Notes: a model not told the origin generated them from the letters alone. A DNA stretch of 63,887 bases from a virus (IMGVR_UViG_3300032335_001357:1-63887); one strand, 5' to 3'. Positions 28,070-38,387 are shown, numbered from the stretch's first letter. Numbers and translations are program-made.

Positions 28070-30254
28070 CAGTCAAACTGTAGACACAGCCACAGGTTCA
28101 ACGGTATACAGCACTGGTAATGTGCTGAATCTTGGCGGTGGACTGCCATGGTCAAACACTGTGACTGGGGCAGCCGGTGGCACCTCGGGCGGTAATGTGC
28201 CGGCCTACAATCCCAGCACGGGCAACATCATATTTGGCTACACTCAAGCCACTGTCAGTCAGTCTGTGGCCATCAACTCTGCGTTGGCCGCAGCTGGCAC
28301 AGGCATACAACTCAGTGGCTACAAATACTCATGGCAAATCAACAATGATTTATCAAACGGCGGTGGTAACCGTGGAACACTGACTGCCAATGTAGCATTG
28401 ACTGGTGCTGCTGGCAATGTGCTGGAAAGTTTTAATTACGACTACAATCAGAATCTTCCGGGTTTCACATTATTCACTGGCACACAAATGTTCAGTAGTC
28501 AATACACCACTGCTCAAGCCAGTAACCTAACAGTTAGTTTCACAGGAAAAGATCAAAACTTCTGGGCTGGATACTATGGTCCCAGAGTACACGTAGATGA
28601 CGTGTCATTGTTGTACACCGTTGACCCTTGCAAACTAAATCCTGCGTACAGTTCAACTTGTACAGGGTTTGGCAAAATAGTAAACACCAACAACCTACTG
28701 GATTCGACAGTAGGTGGTTCTTATTTAAATCAAGCATTTGCGGTCAATACTGCATTGCAGAATGCAGGAGTTGGCGCAACAGTTCATGGATTTAACTACG
28801 GATTTAACTGGAGAGTTGGGCAAGGTTTTTCTGGATGCACTGCTACTAACCAAGATGGGTCGTGTTCCTGGTACATGAACATACCTGCGTATGCCAGTGC
28901 CTCAGTGTCTCTTACCAACAGTAGCAATCAAATAATAGAACAAAAAAATTACAGTTTCTCTGGTGAAGGTACTAGTGGATCAGTAAGTGAAAAGTATTTG
29001 TTACCAGCCAGCATGAATCAATCCATGTTGGGCATGGGTAGAATTGTAGGATCAGCATCGGGTACGAACTCATCCGTAGAAGGTGCGTGGGCAACAATGA
29101 TTTACACCGCTGACCCGTGCGTGGCCAATCCTTTGTACAGTTCCAATTGCAAAGGTTATGCATTTGCCATGTCCAAGCAATTATCTGCATCAAACAACAC
29201 CGCACCGGCCGCATCAAATGGCGCACAGATGCAAGATCCTACACAACCACCTCCCCCGCCAGGAACTGAACCTACACCACAGACTGGCAATACCCCTCCA
29301 CCTGGTGCAGAACCGCCACCAGGAAGTCAGCCACCTCCTCCGGGATCTTCCCCACCACCTGGTCTGCAACTGGCCGCCAGTAACCCTGCTGCCAACCCAC
29401 CGCCATCACAGCCGCCGGCACAAGGCGGCAGTAGTCAACCACGGGCAGGTGAAGTAAAAACAGCAGGCGACAACAAATCCAACGTATCGTCAGCACCTAG
29501 CCTGGGCACAGTGTTGAACATGATCAGCGCTAATCAATCCAGAATTGGCAATGAAACACGAGCAGTGGTACAAGCTGCCGAAGCTCAGGCCACACAGGCT
29601 GCAACCACTGCACAACAACAAGCAGAGACTGTGGCTGGTGCACTCACAGCACAGAGCATTGCTGGCAGTATGACACAAACAACTGCCAGCACTGGAGTTA
29701 GTGCTGTGGCCAGCACACAGTTGCAACTTGGTACAGTAAACGTGGTAGCTGTGTCACAAACCAGCGTGGTCAACATTGGCGGGTTACGTGCGCCTGCCCC
29801 AAGCATATTTGTTGACCCTGGCTCTGCTTTGCCTCAGGGTTTGACACCAGGGCAAGTTGACATTTACAGTTTGCAATCACCAGTGGGACGAAATTCCACA
29901 GTGTCTGAACCTGAAATGCCACCAGTAGAGGGCATACGTGTTGGTGTGCGTTCAGTGCTAAATGATGCTATAGAACAACGCCCAATGCTGCCAAACACTG
30001 CCACACAAGAACAAAAAACAGACGCAGTGAATCGCAATGCACAGCCAAACGAAGTGGCTGGTCAAGTGGATATTGCCACAATAGCAACTCAACCACAGGG
30101 ATATCAGAATTATTCTTTTACCCTGGCAGATGCGCCATTCTATTCGCCGCGAGAAATATATCGCAATCAAGTCACAGTTGACAATGTGAGATTGTTGCGT
30201 GTATTAACCAATGACAGACTTCACCAAGACCTAGTGAATCTGCAATACAAATAA
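28005..30254 (+). CDS. Secreted protein with two DPC..NP.YS..C-terminated domains and a Pro-rich linker
   Basis: Signal-like N-terminus from MTHTRKW (GAGGA SD); YTVDPCKLNPAYSSTC and YTADPCVANPLYSSNC. Confidence 0.75.
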   Translation: MTHTRKWALALCLACWFTSYSNSQTVDTATGSTVYSTGNVLNLGGGLPWSNTVTGAAGGTSGGNVPAYNPSTGNIIFGYTQATVSQSVAINSALAAAGTGIQLSGYKYSWQINNDLSNGGGNRGTLTANVALTGAAGNVLESFNYDYNQNLPGFTLFTGTQMFSSQYTTAQASNLTVSFTGKDQNFWAGYYGPRVHVDDVSLLYTVDPCKLNPAYSSTCTGFGKIVNTNNLLDSTVGGSYLNQAFAVNTALQNAGVGATVHGFNYGFNWRVGQGFSGCTATNQDGSCSWYMNIPAYASASVSLTNSSNQIIEQKNYSFSGEGTSGSVSEKYLLPASMNQSMLGMGRIVGSASGTNSSVEGAWATMIYTADPCVANPLYSSNCKGYAFAMSKQLSASNNTAPAASNGAQMQDPTQPPPPPGTEPTPQTGNTPPPGAEPPPGSQPPPPGSSPPPGLQLAASNPAANPPPSQPPAQGGSSQPRAGEVKTAGDNKSNVSSAPSLGTVLNMISANQSRIGNETRAVVQAAEAQATQAATTAQQQAETVAGALTAQSIAGSMTQTTASTGVSAVASTQLQLGTVNVVAVSQTSVVNIGGLRAPAPSIFVDPGSALPQGLTPGQVDIYSLQSPVGRNSTVSEPEMPPVEGIRVGVRSVLNDAIEQRPMLPNTATQEQKTDAVNRNAQPNEVAGQVDIATIATQPQGYQNYSFTLADAPFYSPREIYRNQVTVDNVRLLRVLTNDRLHQDLVNLQYK

Positions 30255-30266
30255 AAGGAGCCAACC

Positions 30267-30899
30267 ATGACCGAAGAAATCAAAAACGTCAACGCCAAGA
30301 TTGACGAAGCTGAAGCAGCAGTAAAAAAGTATGCCAGCAAAGACACTGTGATCTCCATTGGCGGTTACGAATTCACTCCAGCCAAACTCATGGTAGCTGC
30401 TACCATTGTGAGCTCAACCCTGGGCGGCCTTTACGGTGCGTTTGAAGTTTACAAAGACTATCAAGGCATGAAGAAAAAGATTGCCGAGTATGTCACACCT
30501 GACCTCACTGCTATCTACAAAAAACTAGAAGTGTTGGAAGCCAGTACCAACAAAACTGTGGAATACAGTCAGGACATCAAGAATGACCTCAAAAACGACA
30601 TCCGCAGACTGGAAGGTGTTGTGGAAAGTGTGGAGCGTGACAGCAAGGTATCCCAGCGAGACACTGACAAAAGTGTACAAGATGCTCGCAAAGATGTACG
30701 TGAAACCAAACAAGAAGTAGATCGCATCACACGTCAGTTGGAAAAAGATACCAATCAACAAAACAAAGAGCTGCAACGTCAAGTAGATGCGGCTGTGCGA
30801 CAGTTACAGAAAGAAAACGAAGGCGAGATCAAACAACTACGTCGTGAACTTGATGACAAAATCAAGCGGGCCATAGACAATCCCTTGGCCAACAAATGA
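30267..30899 (+). CDS. Membrane-anchored coiled-coil protein
   Basis: AGGAG SD, one TM segment, long heptad region, DNPLAN end. Confidence 0.75.
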   Translation: MTEEIKNVNAKIDEAEAAVKKYASKDTVISIGGYEFTPAKLMVAATIVSSTLGGLYGAFEVYKDYQGMKKKIAEYVTPDLTAIYKKLEVLEASTNKTVEYSQDIKNDLKNDIRRLEGVVESVERDSKVSQRDTDKSVQDARKDVRETKQEVDRITRQLEKDTNQQNKELQRQVDAAVRQLQKENEGEIKQLRRELDDKIKRAIDNPLANK

Positions 30900-31078
30900 A
30901 ATACATTGTGTTGTTTGTGACGGGTATGATTATACCGTCATCAGCAGCACAGTATGAGTGTGTTAGATGGACTTGGACTGGAGACGTTTATAATCGCAAA
31001 GTAGTGTGTTTAGAATGGCGCAAACAAGATTGTTCTAATAGATTACACAAAATAATATGTAAAGGAAACAAACAATGA
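30896..31078 (+). CDS. Small secreted Cys-containing protein
   Basis: Signal-like N-terminus; CVRWTWTGD...CLEW. Confidence 0.6.
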   Translation: MKYIVLFVTGMIIPSSAAQYECVRWTWTGDVYNRKVVCLEWRKQDCSNRLHKIICKGNKQ

Positions 31079-31566
31079 TTGATCCAATCTCCGCACTAGC
31101 AGGCATACAATCTGCTGTTGCATTGATCAAAAAAGTATCAAAAACTGTGGACGATGTTTCGTCTCTGGGTCCGGTGCTGGGCAAGTATTTTGATGCCAAA
31201 AACACCGCAACAAAAGCAGCAGTGGCAGCAAAAAACAGTGGCAATAAATCCAGCATGGCCACAGCCATCGAAATTGAAATGGCCCTGGAACAAACTGCTC
31301 AATTTGAAAAAGAACTTCAACTGTTGTTTATGCAAACTGGCAAGATTGATGTGTGGAACAAGATCAAATCTCGAGCACATGCAATGGACATAGAAGCTGC
31401 GCACCAAGCAAGAAGAGACAAGGAGTCTGCTGCAAAACGTCAGAGACAGACGCAAGAAATGTTGGAAATAGTTTTTGGTGTTGTGATCATTGTGGCGTTC
31501 TTGATTGGCGGCGGCATTGCATTACATGAATTGATATCATACTGTAGAACAAATGGTTGCGGATAA
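31075..31566 (+). CDS. Hypothetical membrane protein
   Basis: MIDPIS start; C-terminal TM segment. Confidence 0.7.
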   Translation: MIDPISALAGIQSAVALIKKVSKTVDDVSSLGPVLGKYFDAKNTATKAAVAAKNSGNKSSMATAIEIEMALEQTAQFEKELQLLFMQTGKIDVWNKIKSRAHAMDIEAAHQARRDKESAAKRQRQTQEMLEIVFGVVIIVAFLIGGGIALHELISYCRTNGCG

Positions 31567-31624
31567 CGCAACTGTGTATCTAACACTTGACGAATAAATA
31601 AGTCGACTATAACAAGGAGATCCC

Positions 31625-32143
31625 GTGAGCCAACCCGAAGTCAAACCGCTGAGTCGCAGCGAACGCGAAGCACAAATCAAAGACCGTGCAGGTTTTGTGA
31701 TTGTGGTATTAGCAGCATTGCTGGCCATCAACACCATGATTGGTGGACAAAACTCTAGCAAAATCATGAACAACACCATAGCAGCCAACAACCAGTGGGC
31801 ATGGTATCAGGCCAAGAACATGCGCCAAGTGCTATATGAAACCGCAGCCGTGGAAAGCAAGATTCCTGAAAACCGACAAAAGTTTGAAGCTGAAGCTGCT
31901 AGAATGAAAACTGACAAAGAAGAAATCATGGCCAAAGCTCGCGCTCTAGAAGCCGAGCGTGAAATAGCACGTGAGCGGTCACCCTGGTTTACCTGGGGTG
32001 GCAGTGTACTACAGATTGGCATTGTGTTGCTGACTGCCAGTATCCTGGCTGTGAGCATGCCCATGTTTTGGGTCAGTGTTGTGGTAGGTTCTGTGGGATC
32101 TGTGCTGGTGAGTCAGGCGCTGTGGATGTGGTTGCCACTGTAA
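31625..32143 (+). CDS. DUF4337-like membrane protein
   Basis: A.NQWAWYQAK motif, three TM segments; AAGGAG SD; TAAATA at 31595-31600. Confidence 0.7.
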   Translation: MSQPEVKPLSRSEREAQIKDRAGFVIVVLAALLAINTMIGGQNSSKIMNNTIAANNQWAWYQAKNMRQVLYETAAVESKIPENRQKFEAEAARMKTDKEEIMAKARALEAEREIARERSPWFTWGGSVLQIGIVLLTASILAVSMPMFWVSVVVGSVGSVLVSQALWMWLPL

Positions 32144-32158
32144 AGAGAGGACACAAAC

Positions 32159-32704
32159 ATGAGTGCTAAAGAATACGACAAGCTGAGTGCCAGTGAAAAG
32201 AAAAAAGAAGACTGGATGAATTCAAAGTGGCGTCCCATGATGGGATGGACCTACATGCTGACTTGCATTGCAGACTTTGTGATATTTCCCATATTGTGGT
32301 CGGCTCTGCAGGCCGTGAGCAAGGGACAGGTCAACATACAGTGGCAGCCCATTACCCTGCAGGGTGCTGGTTTGTTCCACATTGCCATGGGTGCTGTGCT
32401 GGGCATTGCTGCTTATGGTCGCACACAAGAAAAACTTGGAGGAGCCAACAATGGAGGAATCACCTTACCGCCGAATGTCGGAACAACATACACGCCTCCG
32501 TCACCAGTGGGACAGCCCGGGCCCAGTGCGTTTGGTACACCAACTGCAACCACTATCACCCAATCCTGGGGCGCACAACCCTTGGGCAGCGGAAGCAGCT
32601 TTGGAGGTTCATATCCTCCAGCAACGCCAGCAATGGCAGGCGTGACCCAGGGCTGGGGAGGCAAAAAGGCGCCACCCGAGCCAGAATTCTATCCTGAAAG
32701 GTAA
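32159..32704 (+). CDS. Holin-like membrane protein (3TM/GTA holin family)
   Basis: WRPMMGW.Y...G..AYGRTQEK motif; low-complexity tail. Confidence 0.65.
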   Translation: MSAKEYDKLSASEKKKEDWMNSKWRPMMGWTYMLTCIADFVIFPILWSALQAVSKGQVNIQWQPITLQGAGLFHIAMGAVLGIAAYGRTQEKLGGANNGGITLPPNVGTTYTPPSPVGQPGPSAFGTPTATTITQSWGAQPLGSGSSFGGSYPPATPAMAGVTQGWGGKKAPPEPEFYPER

Positions 32705-32708
32705 TATC

Positions 32709-32912
32709 ATGAAACATATTGTTCTTGCACTGGCCATGACTTTGGCGACACTGCCCGCGTTTGCCAACGGCGAAACTCGTCAAGTCTGTGTTGATGTAAA
32801 AAAAGACGGTAAAGAAGTAAAAGATCCCAAGACCGGCAAAACCAAACAAAGTTGCAAAGAAGTAAAAGTACACAAAAAACTTGAAGGCACCCCAGTTCCT
32901 GAAAAGAAATAA
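32709..32912 (+). CDS. Small secreted basic protein
   Basis: Signal peptide ending AFA; two Cys; Lys-rich. Confidence 0.7.
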   Translation: MKHIVLALAMTLATLPAFANGETRQVCVDVKKDGKEVKDPKTGKTKQSCKEVKVHKKLEGTPVPEKK

Positions 32913-32913
32913 T

Positions 32914-32942
32914 TTGACATTGACTGCAAGGCCCAGTACAAT
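32914..32942 (+). promoter_or_regulatory. Sigma70 promoter upstream of dnaJ
   Basis: TTGACA (32914-19), 17-nt spacer, TACAAT (32937-42). Confidence 0.7.
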
Positions 32943-32955
32943 GTACTGGGCTTTT
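32931..32955 (+). terminator. Intrinsic terminator
   Basis: GCCCAGTAC-AAT-GTACTGGGC followed by TTTT. Confidence 0.75.
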
Positions 32956-32987
32956 CTACATCGGCTCAAACTGCGCCTAAATACACA

Positions 32988-33776
32988 ATGAAAGATTTTT
33001 ACCAGGTTCTAGGAGTAGAACGCACAGCCACTGCTGATGAAATCAAACGAGCCTATCGTCGCTTGGCTTCGCAGCATCACCCCGACAAAGGTGGCAGCAC
33101 AGCTGAATTTCAAGCAATCGAAGAAGCTTATCGCACGCTGAGTGACCCTGCCCAGCGTGCACAGTATGATCGGCCGCAGCCTCGATTTCAAGATCCAGGT
33201 GTTGGTGGATTTCATTTCAATTTTGGTGGGACTGATTTCAACGACATATTTCAGCAGTTTGGCGGTGCATCACCGTTTGGTCAGCGCCGACCACAGCATG
33301 TGAGAGTCACAGTATGGGTCATGCTGCGTGATGTGCTGGAAGGCGGCAATCGAACCCTCAATGTGTCGGCTCACGGTGGCACCACCACTGTGAATGTTGG
33401 TATACCGCAGGGCATCGAAGACGGTGACAATGTACAGTATTCAGGTGTGGCGCCCATGGGCCTGGACCTTGTGGTACAGTATCGCATTCACCCTGATCCG
33501 CGTTGGCAACGTCAAGGACAAAATTTGGTTGCTGATCAAGACGTGTCAATTTGGTTGCTGATTCAAGGCGGTAATCTAAACGTGACCGATGCCTTGGGCA
33601 ACCAATTGCAGATTGTTGTACCGCCCCGAACCAATCCTGGCACCATGATGCGCTTGCGTGGTCGTGGTGTGCCACAGCGATCGGGCAGTTCTGGCGACGC
33701 TTTGTTGCGACTACAGGCTCGCATGCCTGACCATATACCCGAAGCAGTATTGTCCGCAATTCGCGAACACTGTTGA
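32988..33776 (+). CDS. dnaJ: DnaJ/CbpA-type J-domain co-chaperone (no Zn finger)
   Basis: [15 protein letters not shown] region, C-terminal LRGRG; TAAATA at 32978-83. Confidence 0.92.
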   Translation: MKDFYQVLGVERTATADEIKRAYRRLASQHHPDKGGSTAEFQAIEEAYRTLSDPAQRAQYDRPQPRFQDPGVGGFHFNFGGTDFNDIFQQFGGASPFGQRRPQHVRVTVWVMLRDVLEGGNRTLNVSAHGGTTTVNVGIPQGIEDGDNVQYSGVAPMGLDLVVQYRIHPDPRWQRQGQNLVADQDVSIWLLIQGGNLNVTDALGNQLQIVVPPRTNPGTMMRLRGRGVPQRSGSSGDALLRLQARMPDHIPEAVLSAIREHC

Positions 33777-33801
33777 CACGACTCACAAAATCGTGTATTA
33801 T
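33773..33801 (+). promoter_or_regulatory. Sigma70 promoter upstream of clpA
   Basis: TTGACA (33773-78), 17-nt spacer, TATTAT (33796-801). Confidence 0.7.
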
Positions 33802-33823
33802 TACACAAACTTCATGGAGCATT

Positions 33824-36064
33824 ATGAACAATCCCGAAATTGAAAGCCTTGTGGAACAGGCCGTGGCCGTGGCACGTGAAAAACAGCACGAATACGTCAC
33901 TACCGAACACTTGTTGTTGAGCTTGGTACGTCATCCACCATTTCGACGTTGCCTAAATCAATTTGGCGTAGATGTAGATGTTTTGGACACCGAAATTGAT
34001 GTGTATCTCAACAGTCTCACCAACTTGGTGCGACCCACAATCGAAGCACCCAAACGCACCGTGGCTCTGGAGCGCTTGTTCAATCGAGCTCAGGTGCAAG
34101 TGATGTTTACTGGCCGCCGCAATCTCACCACAGCTGATCTCTATCTGTCGATCATGAGCGAGAGCAACAGTCATGCTCACTATTTCTTGCTCAAGCATGG
34201 CGTGAAAAAGCTGGAGTTTATTGAATTCTGGCAGAAACACTATCAGCACGGTGCTGAGTCTGCTTCAATGAGTTCGCAACAGGCCGATGCTGTGCTCACA
34301 GAACACTGTGTGAATCTCAGTCAGTGGGCTCGAGAAAGCCGCTTGGAGCCTATGATTGGTCGTGACCGCGAACTGCAAGAAATGATCACAGTGTTGGCTC
34401 GTCGTTTCAAATCAAATGTGCTCATGGTAGGCGACCCTGGCGTGGGCAAAACTGCTATTCTTGAAGGCCTGGCCCAGGAAATTGCTGCGGGGCGTGTGCC
34501 TGAATTCTTGCGTGACCATGAAGTATGGAGCTTGGAAATTGGCTCGCTGTTGGCTGGCTCAAAATATCGTGGCGAATTCGAAGAAAAATTCAAAATGGTA
34601 GTGGCCGCCCTGGAAGCCAAAAAGAAATGTATTCTTTTCATTGACGAAGCACACACCATGCGCGGCGCTGGATCAGGCAGCAACAACAGCTTGGATTTTG
34701 CCAACATGATCAAGCCGGCCATAACTCGCGGCACACTCAAGGTCGTGGGCTCAACCACCTGGGAAGAGTACTACGAGAGCTTTGAAAAGGATCGCGCACT
34801 GATGCGACGTTTCTATCGCTTGGCCATTGATGAACCAGATGCGTCAACCACTGAACAGATCTTGATTGGGCTGTCGCCCAGGCTGGAACAGTTTCACAAT
34901 GTACTCATTGACACCGAAGCCATTACCACAGCAGTGGAACTGGCAAATCGATATATCCATGATCGAAAGAATCCGGACAAAAGCATTGACTTGATTGATG
35001 CTGCCTGTGCGCGAGAACGTGTGAAGGATCAGGGCACAGCAACCATTAACCGATCCATGATTGAAGAACAGTTGGCCCGTGTCACAGGAGTGCCCACTGA
35101 CAAACTGCAAAACGAACGCTCGGTCCGGATTGTGGAACTGGAATCAAACATCCGACAACGTCTCTACGGGCAAGACTCGGCTGTGGATGCAGTGTTGGAT
35201 CGTGTGTACATTTCGTTTGCGGGAATTGGCAATGAAAAGAAACCCATGAGCAGTTTCTTGTTCTTGGGACCCACGGGCACTGGCAAAACTGAACTGGCAC
35301 GAGCCTTGGCCGACAACTTAGACATGCACTTGCTGAAATACGACATGAGTGAATACCAAGAACGTCACTCAGTGTCGGGCTTGATTGGTGCTCCCCCGGG
35401 CTATGTGGGTTTTGAGGACGGCAACGTGGGCGGCGGCAAGCTCATAGCTGACATTTCAAAAAATCCATTCTCTGTGATTCTTTTTGACGAAATTGAAAAA
35501 GCTCATCCCGATGTCACCAATATTTTGCTGCAGATGTTGGACGAAGGCGTGATCACTTCCACCAACGGCAAGCGAGCCAACTGCAAAAACTGCATCATTA
35601 TCATGACATCCAACTTGGGTGCACGAGATTCAGAAGCCAACAACATTGGCTTTGGCAGCTTTGAAAAGACCGGTGAAGATGAACGAGCCATGAAAGAGTT
35701 CTTCAAGCCTGAACTGCGCAACCGAATTGATGCTGTGTGCAAGTTTGTGCGCCTGGACACTTTGGCTGTGAAAAAGATTGTGGTGAAATTCATTGACGAA
35801 CTCAAGACCAGCCTGCAGGCTCGCAGCATCAAAGTTGCATTCAGCGAAGCTGTGATAGATCACTTGGCTGCTGTGGGCTATGATCCACGCATGGGTGCAC
35901 GACCCTTGAGCCGCAAGATTGACGAATTGATTCGTGTGCCCTTGAGCCGAAAAATTCTGTTTGATCAACTGCAAGATGTTGCAGTGACTGTGGATTTTGC
36001 AGACAACACTGTGACCTTTGCAGTGGTCAATGACTCAGTGACTGTGCCAGAACCATGTCTATGA
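33824..36064 (+). CDS. clpA: ClpA-like AAA+ unfoldase
   Basis: Clp N-domain (HEYVTTEHLLL), two AAA modules (GDPGVGKT, GPTGTGKT), IGF loop, no ClpB M-domain. Confidence 0.9.
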   Translation: MNNPEIESLVEQAVAVAREKQHEYVTTEHLLLSLVRHPPFRRCLNQFGVDVDVLDTEIDVYLNSLTNLVRPTIEAPKRTVALERLFNRAQVQVMFTGRRNLTTADLYLSIMSESNSHAHYFLLKHGVKKLEFIEFWQKHYQHGAESASMSSQQADAVLTEHCVNLSQWARESRLEPMIGRDRELQEMITVLARRFKSNVLMVGDPGVGKTAILEGLAQEIAAGRVPEFLRDHEVWSLEIGSLLAGSKYRGEFEEKFKMVVAALEAKKKCILFIDEAHTMRGAGSGSNNSLDFANMIKPAITRGTLKVVGSTTWEEYYESFEKDRALMRRFYRLAIDEPDASTTEQILIGLSPRLEQFHNVLIDTEAITTAVELANRYIHDRKNPDKSIDLIDAACARERVKDQGTATINRSMIEEQLARVTGVPTDKLQNERSVRIVELESNIRQRLYGQDSAVDAVLDRVYISFAGIGNEKKPMSSFLFLGPTGTGKTELARALADNLDMHLLKYDMSEYQERHSVSGLIGAPPGYVGFEDGNVGGGKLIADISKNPFSVILFDEIEKAHPDVTNILLQMLDEGVITSTNGKRANCKNCIIIMTSNLGARDSEANNIGFGSFEKTGEDERAMKEFFKPELRNRIDAVCKFVRLDTLAVKKIVVKFIDELKTSLQARSIKVAFSEAVIDHLAAVGYDPRMGARPLSRKIDELIRVPLSRKILFDQLQDVAVTVDFADNTVTFAVVNDSVTVPEPCL

Positions 36065-36714
36065 TATATCTTGGTGCTCCACGCAGCAGTTTGTACTTTG
36101 GCCAGTACAAGTTTGGGGCGCATTTTCACATTCCCAATGTGAATCTCATACGCACATTCAATGAACAACACATGCGTGAAACTGTGCAACATCGCACAGT
36201 TTGGGGAACCTGGCGTAACTGGCAGAGTTCAGCTTGTCCCACTGAAACGCAACTGCAAAGTCTGGCCAACATGATTGAGCCGCTGATGAGTTTTCGTGAA
36301 CACTCAAAGTTGATGTTCTACAGTCACTGGCTGTATGTGTACACCAACGATCAGTCTGTGCTGTCGTGGTTTTGTGCTAACCCACAGGTACAGCACGCCA
36401 CACTGTATCGAGCCGAAGTCACCCAGCCCACAGACGTGGTGTTTTTGCGCGAGCCCAGACATCCTTGGCGCAGCTATTTTCGCCCAGGATGGCTGCAACC
36501 TGAACAACATCAGGCTCTGCTGCGATTTGTTGTTCAACGTCCGGACAATTTCTACATCACACCTGGTCTACTCAAGCGTTTGGAATCAGCGCAACACCGG
36601 CTGTATCTGTACGATCACCTGTTTGTGGAGCACAGTACCATGCAAGATCTCACCATGCTGGGCCTGGTGTTGCCACAGTGTTTCCGACGCACTATGCGAG
36701 TGGAGGCTAAATAG
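36055..36714 (+). CDS. Hypothetical protein
   Basis: 219-aa ORF overlapping the clpA stop. Confidence 0.65.
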   Translation: MSMIYLGAPRSSLYFGQYKFGAHFHIPNVNLIRTFNEQHMRETVQHRTVWGTWRNWQSSACPTETQLQSLANMIEPLMSFREHSKLMFYSHWLYVYTNDQSVLSWFCANPQVQHATLYRAEVTQPTDVVFLREPRHPWRSYFRPGWLQPEQHQALLRFVVQRPDNFYITPGLLKRLESAQHRLYLYDHLFVEHSTMQDLTMLGLVLPQCFRRTMRVEAK

Positions 36715-36720
36715 TTGACT

Positions 36721-36888
36721 ATGGCAAAAATTCACGAAGAAGTAGTTGTGATCAAACTCGCAAAATTGATCCGAGAAAAAGACACTGCTGAGCAGTATAT
36801 TGCTACCAACGAGCTTTGCGAAGCTCTGCAAACAGTGGCCGAAGAACTGGCCGGCGCTGGCGTAGTAGTAGAAGTTGAACGAGCATAA
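36721..36888 (+). CDS. Small hypothetical protein (55 aa, not in the ORF track)
   Basis: MAKIHEEVVVIKLAKL...VVVEVERA*; TAAATA at 36708-13; TAATG coupling to the next gene. Confidence 0.75.
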   Translation: MAKIHEEVVVIKLAKLIREKDTAEQYIATNELCEALQTVAEELAGAGVVVEVERA

Positions 36889-37250
36889 TGACCACAGTGA
36901 CCTTGTTGTCTACCACGGAATACGGAGTTCCCTCGGGCAACTACGATGGTTCCAGTCAGGACTGGTCAGGGGTGTCTGCTCTGGCAGCTGACTACTATCA
37001 AGGTCGCGGCAGTATTCAAACCGTGACTATTTCGGTCACAGGTTTTGAAGGCGTTATCTACATCGAAGCCTGCTTGGATTCTGTGAGCGAAGCAGCCAAC
37101 TGGTTTTCTACCTATCAGTACGGTGATGGCAGCAGCACACCCATTACCGATTACAATGTATATGCCATACAAGGCAACTTTACTTGGTTGCGAGCACGGG
37201 TAGAAGCATTTTCAGGTGGTACCATCAACGCCGTGACTGTGACTTATTGA
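36888..37250 (+). CDS. Small beta-rich, probably structural protein
   Basis: GNFTWLRA motif, Thr/Ser-rich, in a late operon. Confidence 0.6.
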   Translation: MTTVTLLSTTEYGVPSGNYDGSSQDWSGVSALAADYYQGRGSIQTVTISVTGFEGVIYIEACLDSVSEAANWFSTYQYGDGSSTPITDYNVYAIQGNFTWLRARVEAFSGGTINAVTVTY

Positions 37251-37268
37251 TTCAGCATAAATACCCGC

Positions 37269-38387
37269 ATGGCAACAATAGTAATCATGCCCGGTGGGTT
37301 TCATCCTTTTCATGCAGGACATGCAGCTCTGTATCAATCAGCACGCCGTGCTTTTCCCGACGCCGAAGTGTTTGTGGCTGCCACAAACGACACTTCAACA
37401 AGACCATTTCCGTTTGCCATAAAAGAAAAACTGGCTCAAGTGGCCGGTGTTGAGCCTGGCCATTTTGTACAGGTAAAATCACCATTTCGCGCAGACGAAA
37501 TTACATCACAATTCAATCCTGAATCTGACCAGTTGATTTTTGTGCGCAGTGAAAAAGATGCCAACAAACCTCCACAGGCTGGTGGCACAAAGAAAAACGG
37601 CGAACCTGCGTACCTACAGCCCTTGCTGGGTGCAAAGAAGCTGGAACCTTTTGCTCGCCATGCTTACATGGCGTACCTGCCCACTGTGGAATTTGGCCCT
37701 GGCATGACCAGTGCCACAGAAATTCGTGCTGCTTGGCCCAATCTAGATGAGAGTAGAAAAACTGCCTTGGTCATGAGCCTATACCCTGTGACACAAAAGA
37801 ACTCTCGACTGGCTGCCAACATTGTAAAAATGCTGGACACTGCTATCGTGAGTGAAGAAGTCATGAGTCCATTCAATGAAAATCAAGGCTGGGCTGCCAC
37901 ACTGGAGGCCAACTCAGCCGGACCAGTCACAGCCAATACATCAGGTGCAGGCGCTGGCATGACTGCTGGATACCAACAGCGAGAAAATCAGCCCGTGGAT
38001 GAAAACACTGTGCTGGTCAATAATCCCGAACGTGGTATTGAAATTCGTCCCGCGGGTGGCATGGGCACTTGGAGCGAGCAGGCTTTGGTCAGCAGTCTGG
38101 CTCGACAGTTTGCTGACATTGTGAACATGCTCCGAGCAGGCAGCTACAAGAACATTGACTACGTGCTGTATCGAGCCGGAGCCATGCAGGCCAAGATTGA
38201 TGCCTTGTCCCGGCTAGAACAATTCCGCAAACGTCAAGGTCGCAGACCCATTGCTCGCGGACGTGAAATTGATCTTGGCGAAGATTATGTAGAAGAGCGC
38301 TGGAGTGAAAAATACAAGAGCAGCATTGATTGCAGTCAACCCAAAGGATTCAGTCAGCGAGCTCACTGTGCTGGCCGTAAAAAATAA
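37269..38387 (+). CDS. HxGH-family (cytidylyltransferase-like) nucleotidyltransferase with appended modules
   Basis: PGGFHPFHAGH, SATEIR; C-terminal WSEKYK.SIDC..PKGFSQRAHC module; TAAATA at 37258-63. Confidence 0.8.
   Translation: MATIVIMPGGFHPFHAGHAALYQSARRAFPDAEVFVAATNDTSTRPFPFAIKEKLAQVAGVEPGHFVQVKSPFRADEITSQFNPESDQLIFVRSEKDANKPPQAGGTKKNGEPAYLQPLLGAKKLEPFARHAYMAYLPTVEFGPGMTSATEIRAAWPNLDESRKTALVMSLYPVTQKNSRLAANIVKMLDTAIVSEEVMSPFNENQGWAATLEANSAGPVTANTSGAGAGMTAGYQQRENQPVDENTVLVNNPERGIEIRPAGGMGTWSEQALVSSLARQFADIVNMLRAGSYKNIDYVLYRAGAMQAKIDALSRLEQFRKRQGRRPIARGREIDLGEDYVEERWSEKYKSSIDCSQPKGFSQRAHCAGRKK

Noticed and set aside
21985-36064. Bacterial chromosome origin suggested by tctA/C, dnaJ and clpA
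   Set aside because: These genes are interleaved with spanins, endolysin and TAAATA promoters in phage-style tight packing.
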